From IMG/VR virus record IMGVR_UViG_3300005573_000052: a stretch of 64,000 bases of DNA; one strand, written 5' to 3'. Position numbers and translations under genes: made by a program. Positions 38,711 through 49,400 of this stretch are shown piece by piece (position 1 is the first letter of the stretch; each line of letters starts with the position of its first letter). The stretch comes from a virus. The notes under the pieces were generated by a model. That model was not told the origin of the DNA. It did no database searches and was given only the letters and a program-made list of their open reading frames with translations.

Positions 38711-39314
38711 GACCGTCCCTCCCGTTCGCGCCGAGCCAATTCATCAACCATGTCATAGTAGGTGCTGGGCAACACGCCTTCCCAACCGTCCTCCTCTAAC
38801 GCATCCAGCCCGTTCTCGATGTCCATTGTGGCCATCTCGCCCTGCACGAAGCTTAACGCAGAATAACCCGCGCTGATAATCTCAGGATAATGCTCTTGAG
38901 CCTTCCGCTCCAGCAGGGCGATGGAGTTGCGAAGGTGCAAGTCAGTCATGTCCTCCAGCCTCATCTTGGTGCCGTCGCGCATGGTCCAGTGCAGATAGCG
39001 GGACCGGCCCTTGGAAGGAAGGTAGGAGGATTTGGGGGTGGAGCGGCTAATCATGACTGGTGATTGGTTGACTCTGTCGGTTCATCCAATCCATCCACAG
39101 GCGGCAAACTGCCCCGATGCGCACGAAACACATCCGCCCAGTTGACGTGGCTGGGCACCAGTGGAAGCACCTCCTCGTCCCATTTGACATCGCGTAAGGG
39201 CAACACGCGACTCCTCAGCCATTTGGCTGCGTCAGCGTAACCGGCGTGGTCCAATTCAAGGGCGATGGTTAGCCGGGCTTGATCGTGGGAGGAGAGTTCA
39301 ATGGTGCCGCTCAT
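38707..39314 (-). CDS. two hypothetical CDSs (38707..39054, 39051..39314)
   Basis: the first has the phage motif W...DG....I.DM...HL.N. Confidence 0.6.
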
Positions 39315-39340
39315 GGGGAGATGGGGATTGGTTATGGGGG

Positions 39341-39370
39341 AGTATAAGGGATTTGGGGTGATGGTGTCAA
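39341..39370 (-). promoter_or_regulatory. sigma70-like promoter
   Basis: TTGACA-18-TATACT; TGA is the stop of the AAA gene. Confidence 0.75.
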
Positions 39371-40941
39371 GCCTTTGATATGCCGCCGCGCCAGACGTTC
39401 CCTTGCGCGTCCTTGACCATACCCAGTTCCATTATGGCCGTAGCCTGATCAACTGACCCGTATTTCACCTGTAGCTCGTGGACATAAGACCGGCGCGCAA
39501 GGTGTTGTTCGGTCAGACCCGCATCGCGCTCGGGCGGTGGCTCAACCGGCTTAACCACCCCGCTCCCCCAAAATTTAATCAGTGCCAACTGTGCGCACCG
39601 CTCTTGAAACTGCGCTGCCGTCTCGCCTTCGCCCGCGCGAACAGCCTCGTCAACCAGCTCGGGCCAGTCGGACAGGATAAGCCCCGCCAGCTTGCGCCGC
39701 TCCGGCTCACCCATAGGACCTACATAGACCGCCTTGCTGATTCGTCCCGGCCTCGTGGTTCTCCCGTGCCCATTATCCGGGATGCCCAACGCCGGGTCGA
39801 TCTTGTCCAGATGGTTGGTCGTGACGAACAGCAGAATACCGTCCGACGAACCCACGCCCGAAATGGTGTTAAGCAGGCAGTCGAAGGTCAGACAATCACG
39901 GGTCTTGCCCTTGGCCGACAAATTCTCGCGCAGGTTGAACTGGCAGTCCAAGTCCTCCAGCAGCACTATTGCGGGCACATTCTGAAGCGCGATCTTCCAG
40001 TCGGACGCGAACGACCGGTTGTCGTAGGTGGATAGGTCAAAGACGTAGATAGGCAGGTCGTGACGCTGGGCGAGGTTGCGCACGATGGTGCTTTTGCCGC
40101 TGCCCGATTCGCCCCAAATCAGGTAACCGCGAAACCACGGAACCGAGCGCGACCGGAACCAAGTCTCGTGAGAGAGGAAGGTCTCGATCTCATCAAACTG
40201 GCCGAGGACTTCCGGTGCAACCGGATGGTTGACAAAGGGAGCGATGTCATTTGCCCGCTCCACCAACTCCTCCGGTTTCCACACGAGCGACCGTAGCTCA
40301 CCCTGCTGGAGCTTGACCATGATGTCGCCGCTATCCCTGTTGCCATGAAGAGAAGCGGAAGTGGGATTATCGGCCCGGACGCCCTGATCCGCACCTGTCA
40401 TCGGGCCATACATCCTGATGACGTTGAACCGCCGGGTCTTAGTCTGCCCCATTTCGCGCGACTGGCGCAAGGCGTTATAGGCCGCAATGGACTCAGCCAG
40501 AAAGGTGTCGATGTCAAGGGTGCCCCGAAAATAGCGGAGAGTGACCGGCTGGTTGTTACCCCCGTAATCGCCCACGTTAGGCTGGCTGTTTGCCCCCAAT
40601 GTGAACCCTTGGCCGACTAGAAGGGGAACTCGACCCAGCCAGAAGAGCAGGGCCTCGGAGGTCAGGCCCTCGTACCCCACGCCCTCTCCCCGCCGTTTTG
40701 GAGCCACGAACCCCTGAATGCCGCCGAACATGCGAAGGCCAAACGGGCTGCGCTGCCCCTTTTGCCAGACCTGATTCATGATGGCCCGGGCGGCATCCTC
40801 CTTGACCACCACGCGGCACACGATTAGGCTGGAGACCCAAGTGAAGAAGGAGAGGAACTGACGCCAGAAACCTCCAACGACGGCAAAAGCGGCGGTGATA
40901 CCGGCCCACGAGGCAAGGGAGAGGTTGGATAGATCGGGCAT
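39367..40941 (-). CDS. membrane-anchored BCS1-like AAA+ ATPase
   Basis: N-terminal TM; RGYL.WG..GSGKS; LLEDLD; LLN.I.GV...G...F.TTNH...IDPAL; RPGRI. Confidence 0.8.
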   Translation of the reverse strand: MPDLSNLSLASWAGITAAFAVVGGFWRQFLSFFTWVSSLIVCRVVVKEDAARAIMNQVWQKGQRSPFGLRMFGGIQGFVAPKRRGEGVGYEGLTSEALLFWLGRVPLLVGQGFTLGANSQPNVGDYGGNNQPVTLRYFRGTLDIDTFLAESIAAYNALRQSREMGQTKTRRFNVIRMYGPMTGADQGVRADNPTSASLHGNRDSGDIMVKLQQGELRSLVWKPEELVERANDIAPFVNHPVAPEVLGQFDEIETFLSHETWFRSRSVPWFRGYLIWGESGSGKSTIVRNLAQRHDLPIYVFDLSTYDNRSFASDWKIALQNVPAIVLLEDLDCQFNLRENLSAKGKTRDCLTFDCLLNTISGVGSSDGILLFVTTNHLDKIDPALGIPDNGHGRTTRPGRISKAVYVGPMGEPERRKLAGLILSDWPELVDEAVRAGEGETAAQFQERCAQLALIKFWGSGVVKPVEPPPERDAGLTEQHLARRSYVHELQVKYGSVDQATAIMELGMVKDAQGNVWRGGISKA

Positions 40942-40990
40942 ATAGAGTAAATGACTGAGTAGATGAGATAGAGTTGATGACGAAGGACCT

Positions 40991-41020
40991 AGTCTAGTCC
41001 ACTTAGCCTCTGCCTGTCAA
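40991..41020 (-). promoter_or_regulatory. sigma70-like promoter
   Basis: TTTCGCGC-TTGACA-18-TAGACT. Confidence 0.75.
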
Positions 41021-41096
41021 GCGCGAAATCGGCGCGAAAGGGTGTTGTGCCAGTCTGTCAGTCCATCCCCTCCGCTAAGCAGACTCAATCACCCAA

Positions 41097-42087
41097 TCAA
41101 TCCACCCACCGCCTGAACGTGCGCAGAAACGCCTCGGCTCGTTGAGGAGCAGTGGCTGGCGCGAACCTGTGGTCAACCCGGGTTCGCAAAAGGTCATAGT
41201 AAACGGCTCTAAATTCCGGTCCCCACGAAAGAAGAGCCCATTCCGCCTCGTGCATGGCGTTGAGGTCGGTGAGGTAATGCGGCACCTCCATCTCCTCCGA
41301 TTTCATGGTCCCAAGGGTCTTGGCCCCCCAAAGCATGTTCGGGTCAATCAGATCACGGCGGAAATCAGACCACCCGCACAATTTGGCGATAGCAATTCGT
41401 TGGGCTTCGGGGTTCACAGAGAGTCATCCTTCCATTTACCGATTGTGCGTAGAAATGCTTCCGCACGTTGGGCAGCAGTGGCACGGATGACCGGAAGCCA
41501 CTGCTGGTGACGGAGAGACATCATGCCCTTGTGCAATATGGCGTGCAGCTCGCGGTAATAATCGGCCTGCTGTTGTGGTGTTAGCACGTTCTCCGCCTCG
41601 TGCATGGCGTCAAGACTGGCGGGGTAATTGGGGACCTCAAATTCCTCACAGCCTATGTGGCCAAATGACTTGGTTCCCAATAACAGACTGGGGTTCGTCA
41701 AGTCTCGACGGAAATCAAACCACCCGCACACTTCGGCGATGGCAATGCGCTGGGCCTCGGGGTTCATGGGGAGTCATCCTTCCATTTGCCGAGAGTGCGC
41801 AGGAAGGCCTCGGCGCGTTGGGCGGCGGTGGCGTGACAAACTGTCCAATCGGCATCGAAATGATGCTGGTGTTTGTCGGGGTGAAGCAGCCGCACAAACT
41901 CGCGGCGTTGGATCGCATCCAGCACTTGTTCGGCCTCATACATGGCATCGAGACTGGTGGAGTAAGAAGGGATAAAAACAGACGACCAATCATAGCCCCG
42001 CGTCCCGGGTCGCTTCCAATAGCCCTTGGCGTTTCGCTCCCACCCGCATATCTCGGCTATCGCAATTCGTTGTGCCTCTGGTGTCAT
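41097..42087 (-). CDS. three tandem PEAQRIAIA-family paralogues (41097..41417, 41414..41767, 41764..42087)
   Basis: conserved ends and variable middle; junction DNA GAGTCATCCTTCCATTT repeated at about 41421 and 41772. Confidence 0.8.
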
Positions 42088-42461
42088 GGCGGTATCAAAT
42101 CTCCCCCTTGAGCTTCCGCCAATACTTGCGGGGCAGAGCGACCAGCACCGTCAGCCACGCGCGCAAACTGGCGGGGCGGCGAAAGTGCGAGAGGCCCGGG
42201 TTGGCAAAGTGCTCGGAAGTGAAGTAGGCCGACAACTGCCAGCCCACGCGAGGGTGCAGGCGATAGACTTGGTCGGTCGTGCGGACAAGGACGTTGGTGC
42301 CGACTGAAGTCCATCCGGTGCCCGGGCCGGTTTCGCCGGGGCCGAGGTTGAAGACCGGGAGGTTCTTGGGGATGTCGGAGGGGGATCGGGGGGTAGAGAA
42401 AGTGCCGGGTTGCATGGGTAAAACTGTGTGAATTAGATGGCGAGATGAAGGAGAATGGAAA

Positions 42462-43970
42462 TTAGAGCGACGCCGCCACCCGGGCACGAATTTCGGCCAA
42501 GGTAGGCTCAATCAAGATGGTCCCGTTGAGGAAAATGGGTTTCAGCTCAGACGCTTCCTCCTGCTCAGGCGTGACACAGTCATTCAAAACCAGTCCGCCC
42601 GGCGTCTTGACCACCTGCAAAAGGCCCTTGGCCGACTTCTTCATCCCATCGTCAGTCACCGGGTCCTTGAATATCTCACGGGCGACCCCGTTCACCACTC
42701 CATACGTGGCTTTGACGGCGAAGCCAAAGGTATCGCGGGTGTTATACTGGTAGGTGTAGCTGCCAATCCCGGCCACCCAGTTGGTCGAGGCGAAGCCCTT
42801 GTCCTTGAGGCGCAGGTGGATGCGCTGCTGACGGTCCAGCGAAATGGAGTCGCCATAGATGGTTCCGATGCACGGGGACAACATCTTGTAGCCCAAGGCG
42901 TTGACGGTGCCACCGAAGATATCCCAGAGGGCCTCGATGACCCCCTTGCGAGTGACAGCCTTGCCCGCCGCGTCCAGCTTCTCCATCTGGGGGTGATAGC
43001 CGTCAAACCCGCAGAGACAGTCAACTGGATCGGTCCAGAACGAGTCGGGACGGATGACAACCTTGCCCTTGCGGGCGGCGATTTTGGTCTTGAGTGCCGG
43101 GAGGATGACGGTCAAAACGCGCTGAAGACTCCATGTGTCGGACACAATGCTAATAATGGCGTCGTCTGGCGTATTGTCAATCAGGCGCTCGAACGTGCCT
43201 ATCTCGTCCTGCTGGCCGCTGAGAGCCATGATGGAGTGTTCGGTAGCACGGACCGATGCCCCAACCAGCTCCTTGCGGGCGTCCGTCCGGTAGTAAAGCT
43301 CCAGAAACCGGATGGCAGGGACTGTGTCGGTCCCGGTGAAGCCAACCGCAAGGTGCGCCGCACCACTGGTGCAAGCTGACTCAAGACTACTCATCCCACG
43401 CATGGAGAAATCATGGCCCTGCCACTGACAGAATCCTGTATCTCCGGTCGTCTCCAATGCGGCCCGCCGGAACTCGCGCAAGAACTCGCGGGCAAGAGTG
43501 GCCGTGGTATACGGCTGCCACAGCGTAGTGCTGAGGATGGTTTCGAGGAAATTGACCAGCCAGTAAGCATGGTCAACCGTATTGGTGATGGTGAGGGACG
43601 GGACACGAATGGGACAAAGCGACCCTTCCGGGAGAGCCTTGATGAGAAGGGGAAGGTAGCCCAAGTCATGCAACGACTTGATATGGGCGAGGGTCACCGC
43701 TCCCGGTCCCAAGGTAGAATCCATGAGGGACTGATAAGGGGCTGACACTTCCTCCCACGGGCGCGAAAAAAACTCGCGGTTCCACTGGTTGACCAGATAC
43801 TCGCGGAGAAAGTAGGTGTGACCGAACACCACTACCTGATTGATGCCTTCAACCCGGCTCTTGCGCGGGGTCAAGTTGGAGTAGATGCGGGTCGTGCCGG
43901 GTTCATACATGGCGTAGTGACCCTGCTTGTAGAAGTCGGTTTGGATGAGGGGAGATATGGAGATGTTCAT
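42462..43970 (-). CDS. nadV: nicotinamide phosphoribosyltransferase (NadV / Namat-like)
   Basis: TDFYK.GH, HDF..RG, A.EHS, SIVSDT, IRPDS, YGDSI, GIGS.TY, RDT.GFA.KAT, K.P.TD.G.KKSAKG. Confidence 0.92.
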   Translation of the reverse strand: MNISISPLIQTDFYKQGHYAMYEPGTTRIYSNLTPRKSRVEGINQVVVFGHTYFLREYLVNQWNREFFSRPWEEVSAPYQSLMDSTLGPGAVTLAHIKSLHDLGYLPLLIKALPEGSLCPIRVPSLTITNTVDHAYWLVNFLETILSTTLWQPYTTATLAREFLREFRRAALETTGDTGFCQWQGHDFSMRGMSSLESACTSGAAHLAVGFTGTDTVPAIRFLELYYRTDARKELVGASVRATEHSIMALSGQQDEIGTFERLIDNTPDDAIISIVSDTWSLQRVLTVILPALKTKIAARKGKVVIRPDSFWTDPVDCLCGFDGYHPQMEKLDAAGKAVTRKGVIEALWDIFGGTVNALGYKMLSPCIGTIYGDSISLDRQQRIHLRLKDKGFASTNWVAGIGSYTYQYNTRDTFGFAVKATYGVVNGVAREIFKDPVTDDGMKKSAKGLLQVVKTPGGLVLNDCVTPEQEEASELKPIFLNGTILIEPTLAEIRARVAASL

Positions 43971-44395
43971 GAAGAAGGGGCTGCTTGGGTGGGAGAAAAA
44001 AGATAAGAGGCCAAAGCCTCGCGGAGAATGGTATAAGCTTGGCCTAGTCCCGCCCGGTCGTCAAGCAGGATGTTGTAATACATCTTGCCGTGGTTGCCGA
44101 AAGGCATGGGGAACGGATTGGTGTTGATGGAAGCCACAGGGATACCGAGAGACTCGACGTAAGCCTTGATGGCGGGGTATTTGTCAGGCGGCGAACCGGT
44201 AAAAATGCAAACGTAAGCCCCGACCTCTGCACAGCGGTGAACCAGCGAAATGACAGCGGGATAGGCGAATCCCCGCGAATGGTAGTCAAAAATCGTGTCG
44301 TCGTAGTCCAGCGCGATGATGATTTTGCCGTGCTTCCGCCATTCCTGAAACAGGCGGTCGGCGGCGACGTGGGTATCGAAGTAGGGGTCGTTCAT
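43967..44395 (-). CDS. small HAD-family hydrolase
   Basis: IALDYDDT motif I, FTG, K.YY...LDDRA. Confidence 0.7.
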   Translation of the reverse strand: MNDPYFDTHVAADRLFQEWRKHGKIIIALDYDDTIFDYHSRGFAYPAVISLVHRCAEVGAYVCIFTGSPPDKYPAIKAYVESLGIPVASINTNPFPMPFGNHGKMYYNILLDDRAGLGQAYTILREALASYLFSPTQAAPSS

Positions 44396-45252
44396 CGAGA
44401 GAACACCTCATCCAAATCCAGAGTGACCACCCGGTCGTCAATCCCGGCGGGCCAGACGGCATGATACGAGTTGGTGGTATAAATCTCGTCAATGCCTCCG
44501 GTGTAAAGTGGTCCAGTTCCCTTGGTGAATAAACCATGAGTGACGTAGAGCACGATTTTGCCTGCGTTCTTGGTCTTGAGGACCTTGGCCAACTCCACGA
44601 AAGTGCGGCCTCCATCACACAGGTCATCAACAATGATGATATCGCGTCCGCCCAAGTCGGATGCATAGACCACCGTCTCCTTGATCTGTCCCGTGGCCAA
44701 ATCGCGCAGTTTGTCAGCGCGGATGAATTCGGAGTGCCCAAAATAGGCGGCGAGTGTGGCGATCTTCTTGTTCGCCCCCGCGTCCGGGCTGATGAAAAGA
44801 CCGCCGGAGGTGGCGATGCGTTTGGTCAAAGCATCAAATCGTCCGATGATATCGACTTGGGAGCAGACGCGCAAACGGTCGATGACCGCCCCGGTTACGT
44901 CACTGTGGGGGTCAAAGGTGATGACTTCAGCAAACCCCATGGCGTTGATGAGGTTGCCAAAGACCTTGAGGCTGAAAGCTTCGCCCGGAACACAAACACG
45001 GTCTTGGCGTCCATAGGGGACGTAGGGCAGCACCAGTGAGATGGGACGGTTATCAAGCCGGGCAAGCGCATCCTTCACCATGGCCAGCTCAATGATGTCG
45101 TTAGCACTCTGGAGACGAGCGGTGATATACTGGGTGCCAGCCTCAGCCAGATAGCGAAGGTTGGACGTGTCAAGCTTCACGCCGATTTCGCCGCCGGGGA
45201 AGAGAAAGGTCTGGAGGTTGAGCGATTGTGTTCCCTTGGAGATTTTAATCAT
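44392..45252 (-). CDS. ribose-phosphate pyrophosphokinase-like protein (Prs / Adps-like)
   Basis: FPGGE, LPY.PY.RQDR....GE.FSLK, DPHS, SPDAGA.KK, K.RD..TG, IVDDLCDGGRTF, VTHG.F. Confidence 0.9.
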   Translation of the reverse strand: MIKISKGTQSLNLQTFLFPGGEIGVKLDTSNLRYLAEAGTQYITARLQSANDIIELAMVKDALARLDNRPISLVLPYVPYGRQDRVCVPGEAFSLKVFGNLINAMGFAEVITFDPHSDVTGAVIDRLRVCSQVDIIGRFDALTKRIATSGGLFISPDAGANKKIATLAAYFGHSEFIRADKLRDLATGQIKETVVYASDLGGRDIIIVDDLCDGGRTFVELAKVLKTKNAGKIVLYVTHGLFTKGTGPLYTGGIDEIYTTNSYHAVWPAGIDDRVVTLDLDEVFSR

Positions 45253-45258
45253 GGAGGT

Positions 45259-45288
45259 ATGATAGCCCAATTGAGTCGCCGCTGTCAA
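45259..45288 (-). promoter_or_regulatory. sigma70-like promoter of the NAD operon
   Basis: TTGACA-18-TATCAT-6-ATG; TGA is the stop of 45285..45659. Confidence 0.75.
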
Positions 45289-46478
45289 GCCGAAACCTGC
45301 CCGTCGCGCACGAACCGGTAAGACCGACCCATCAGGTAGTTCTCGACTTCTACGGGGTCAGTTACGACATGTGTAGCGTAACGATCCGCCTGCTCAGGGG
45401 TCAAGCCTTCATCCACCGCCCAAGCCCACCTCGCCGGGTCTATGACCTCGGCCCGAAAAAATACATCCGACTCGGACTCGATATGCCCAAAGTGAAGAGT
45501 GGCCTGTCGCGGCACGTCATCATGGCGCGGGCCGGTCGGAGCCCAATGAAGGAGGACGCTGGACCCAGTGAACTCCATTTGGGTGTGGAGGCTCAGCTCT
45601 GCGCCGGTTTCGCGCGCGAGGGAGGACAGGTGGGAGGTCAGGGTGGAGAGGGTGGTCATGGAAAGGGGTCAGACAAACATGGCAAGAGAATCCGTTCCAG
45701 AGTCGTATCTGACCCCGCACCGAATCAGTTCGACAATCTGGTCTTCCGTCGCCACCTTGGCCAGTTCGTCGGGAGGGATATCCAGCCATATCTCGTCATG
45801 CTCGGCAGCACTGACCATGTCTCGTTTGCCGGGAACCAGACGGTCGAGCAGGTTGAAGGCGTGAAGGTCGGAGCGGTTGGACGTGCGAGTCAGAACCCGA
45901 TCAAAGCGCAGGTATTCGTCGGAGTAGCGTTCGTATTGGTCGTGGGTCATGGATGGGGGTGAGTTAGGGATTGGGCTGAGGAGGATAGAGCATTGCACCT
46001 TGCAGCGCCCACAGAATGGCGAAACGGACCGGTTTATAGGCACTGTCCGGGCACCAGCCAGCCACGGCGTAAAGACCGTCCGGGGCCATCACAGTGCAAT
46101 ACCAGTCGCTGGATTTGTCGTCCCGTTCGGCGCAGATAAAATGGCCCTTGTAGCGCCCGTAGAAGTGACGGGGGCCTTGGTCATCGCAGCGAAGACGGGG
46201 AGCGGAGGACAGATGGCTCATGACTTGAACGGCTTCCACCAGTTCGCGCGGTCGGCCCACCACTCCCCGTAGCTGTTGTAAAACGCGGGCGGGCGACTCA
46301 TGAAAAGGCTGATAACCAAGATGATGAGCCAAAGATGGGCCAAGACACTAGCCGTGGTATGAGACCACCGGTTGATGAGCAAGGCACAGATGGGAAGAGA
46401 GAAGATGATGGCCCAGTTACGAAGCATCCGCCCGAGAACGCGCGGGATGCTGTTGGGATTGGAAGATGGAGTGGGCAT
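45285..46478 (-). CDS. small hypothetical CDSs (45285..45659, 45669..about 45950, 45964..46332, 46218..46478 membrane)
   Basis: ORF track; starts uncertain. Confidence 0.5.
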
Positions 46479-46492
46479 AGGTGAAAGGTGGA

Positions 46493-49400
46493 TTAGATGA
46501 CAACCGTTCCGGGGTCGGACCGCTTGAGTTTGACAGAAATCGGTTGAATGATAAGGCTGTCAGCGAAGAGTATGCCCCCATCGCGCGCGAACGTGGCAGT
46601 GACAATGACCAAGTCGCCCTCCTTGGGCAGCCCGCCGTTAAACGAGCGACAGGCCTCCACCCGCTCGGACCCATGGAGCATAGCCTTGATTGAGCCGGTA
46701 TCATCCGAGAGCACCAGCTTGATGTAGGGCTCCTTGGACTTCTGACTGACGCACGACTTGGCCTCGTCCACAAAACAAACCAGTTTCACGGGGTCCTGTC
46801 GCGCCGGTTTCGGGGGGGTCGTCCCCTTGAGCGCGTGCTCGGCCACCACCTTAGCCCGCTCCTCAGCCGCGATCCGCCCCTTGTCTAGAACCTGAACGAC
46901 AGAGAGCAGTCCCACCACGCGGGTGGAAAAGATTTGGTGCAAGGAGCCCGAATAGCTGAACCCAAGCAGATGCCTCTCCATGACGTAAGCGCACAGCTCC
47001 TCGTTCTTCGCGTTCGCCACATACTGGTCCCAATAGGGCTGGTAGTTGCGGCGGAGAGTATCGAGCTGGGAAGCTGGGAGCAGAACCTTCCCCTTCTCAT
47101 CCTTGCGGTCAGCCAGCCCCTTAATCGTGGCGGTAAGGTCCCAGTCGTGTTCGGGCGCGAACTGGGTGACCAGCCGTTTCTGCCTATCGCTCTTGGAAAG
47201 CAGGTTGTAGAGCTGGGCTTCGAGGGCCAGTTTGGTGCGCGGCACGCCGGGCCATTCGAGGCAACCCGAGTAGATGAGGCTAGTAAGCACCGCTATGTTA
47301 ATACCCGCCGCCTTCGCGGCCTCGAACATATCGAATTTGGTGGTGAAGGAGCGGTTGAACCCGGCGAGTTTCGCCATGGTTGAGTCCGAGATGCCTTTAA
47401 CCGAAGCCAGCCCAAACCGAATGGAGGTTTCGCCGGTCGCCTCGTCTCGCTCCAGAGAAAAGTCGGACTGGGACTTGATGATGCTAGGTGGGAGCAGCTT
47501 GACCCCAGTCTGCTTCATCTCGGCAATAATGGAGTTCATATACTCCGTGGGGTTGGGCTCCTCGCGCGCCAACCGGAGCATGGTCAGATAGAAGGCTTGC
47601 GGGTGCTTGGCCTTGAGGTAAATCGTTGCGGCGGATAGGTATGCGTAGGAAAAAGCGTGCGAGTTGCTCACGACGATGCCGTTGGCAAAAAAAAGATGAT
47701 CGAAATGGTCAACCTCCAAATCAAGCGTAAGTTCTGGCTGATTGCTCCCCGTCCAGTGCTCAATGATAGGAGAAGTGTTGTCCTCGGTGAGCAACGGACA
47801 GGTCGGATGCCGAAGCAATTCGCGCAAGGTTCGCATCGCCCCGTCCACGCATTTCAACTTGTGGTCAAGAGAACAGGTAATCTGTCTCCCGTTAGACAGA
47901 AAAGCAGTGTAGAGTGGACGGTATCCCGTGTGAACAGCAACCACGCGCACAAAACCCGAAGGAGCGAGAACGGAATCACCCGGTTGAATCGCATCCAAAC
48001 GACGAGGCCCATCTGGCGTGGTGACTAGCGTAGCGGGATGAAGGCACTTGACGAACAGGTAGTCCGCGCTGGCGTTACACACATCCCAGAAATACTTGAT
48101 GACTACGTCGGGAACTCCACGAGCGCGTCCATTCTCGTAAAGGACGGCTTCCCATTTCGCCATCTCCTCCCGTTTTTTCTTAGACACCGCATACCGGACG
48201 CTATCAGCGTCGATAGGACTCATGCCAAAAACACTGATGCAAACCGCTGTGATCTGCTCCTGAAATACTAGCACGTTACCAGTTGGCTTGAGCACCTCGT
48301 CAACGGGCGGATAGATGGTTTTTAGCAGTCCCTTGTTTGTGTAGTCGGCGAACTGCTTCAATCCGGCCAAGGCTCCGGGGCGGGAAATGGCCACTGCGGC
48401 ACTCAGGTCATCAATATTGCGCGGCTTGATTTGCAGAACTGCCTCCTTGGTTGTCCCCTCTTCAATCTGGAACAGACCCATGTAAGTAGAACACCTGTTG
48501 AGGTAATCATAGATAACGGGGGAGTTCACGTCGATGTCTTCTACCCTCTCACCCGCCAATGCGGCGGTTTGGGCCACAATATCGGCGCTCCTCAGACCGA
48601 GAAGATCAATCTTGATCGCAAGCCCGGCCACGGTTTCCATGTCAAACGACGACACTACGTCGCCCGTCTTGGACAACTCGGTGGGAATGTTACCGTCAAG
48701 CGGGTCATAAGCGACGAGAACACCACTAGGGTGTTGTCCTTTTGCTACAGGAGCCCCCTCAATAGCCATGGCCAGCGCGAATATCTCGGCGTTGCGCGGG
48801 TCCAGCGTCAGCCACTTCTTCACGTCCTCGTTCTTCTCCCGCGCCTCGTGCAACGATTGGACTTTGCCAAAGCGGGCCTCAATCATACCACCCACCGCCT
48901 TGGCCTCTTCTTCGTCGTAGCCTGCGTAGACCTTGAGGACATCCTTGAGGGCCGTCTTGCCGGTCAATTCGAGTCTCGTGCTGATTTTAGACGTGCGACC
49001 CACATACTTGGTTTCGACATACTTGACTACGTCTGCACGACGGAGATACTCATAGTCACAGTCGATGTCGGGTGCGGCCTTGCCATCCACGTAAACCACC
49101 CCGTCCTTGACGACCGGTTTCATACGTGCTTCGGAGATAAATCGCTGGAAATTAAGACCATGACGAATCGGGTTAACGCGAGTAATACCAAGGCAATAAT
49201 TCGTCAAACTGGACGCCGCGCTCCCGCGTCCGTAGCCACGAATGATACCCTGTTTATCCGCCCACCTGTTTATGTCGTGGACCAAAAGCAAATATGGAAT
49301 CACGCCGGTCTTGTCGAACGTGACGAACTCAGCCTTGAACTGGGCGATAACCGTCTCCCGATTTATCCCAGCAAACGCCCCCTTCGCCTCCAGCTCCAAA

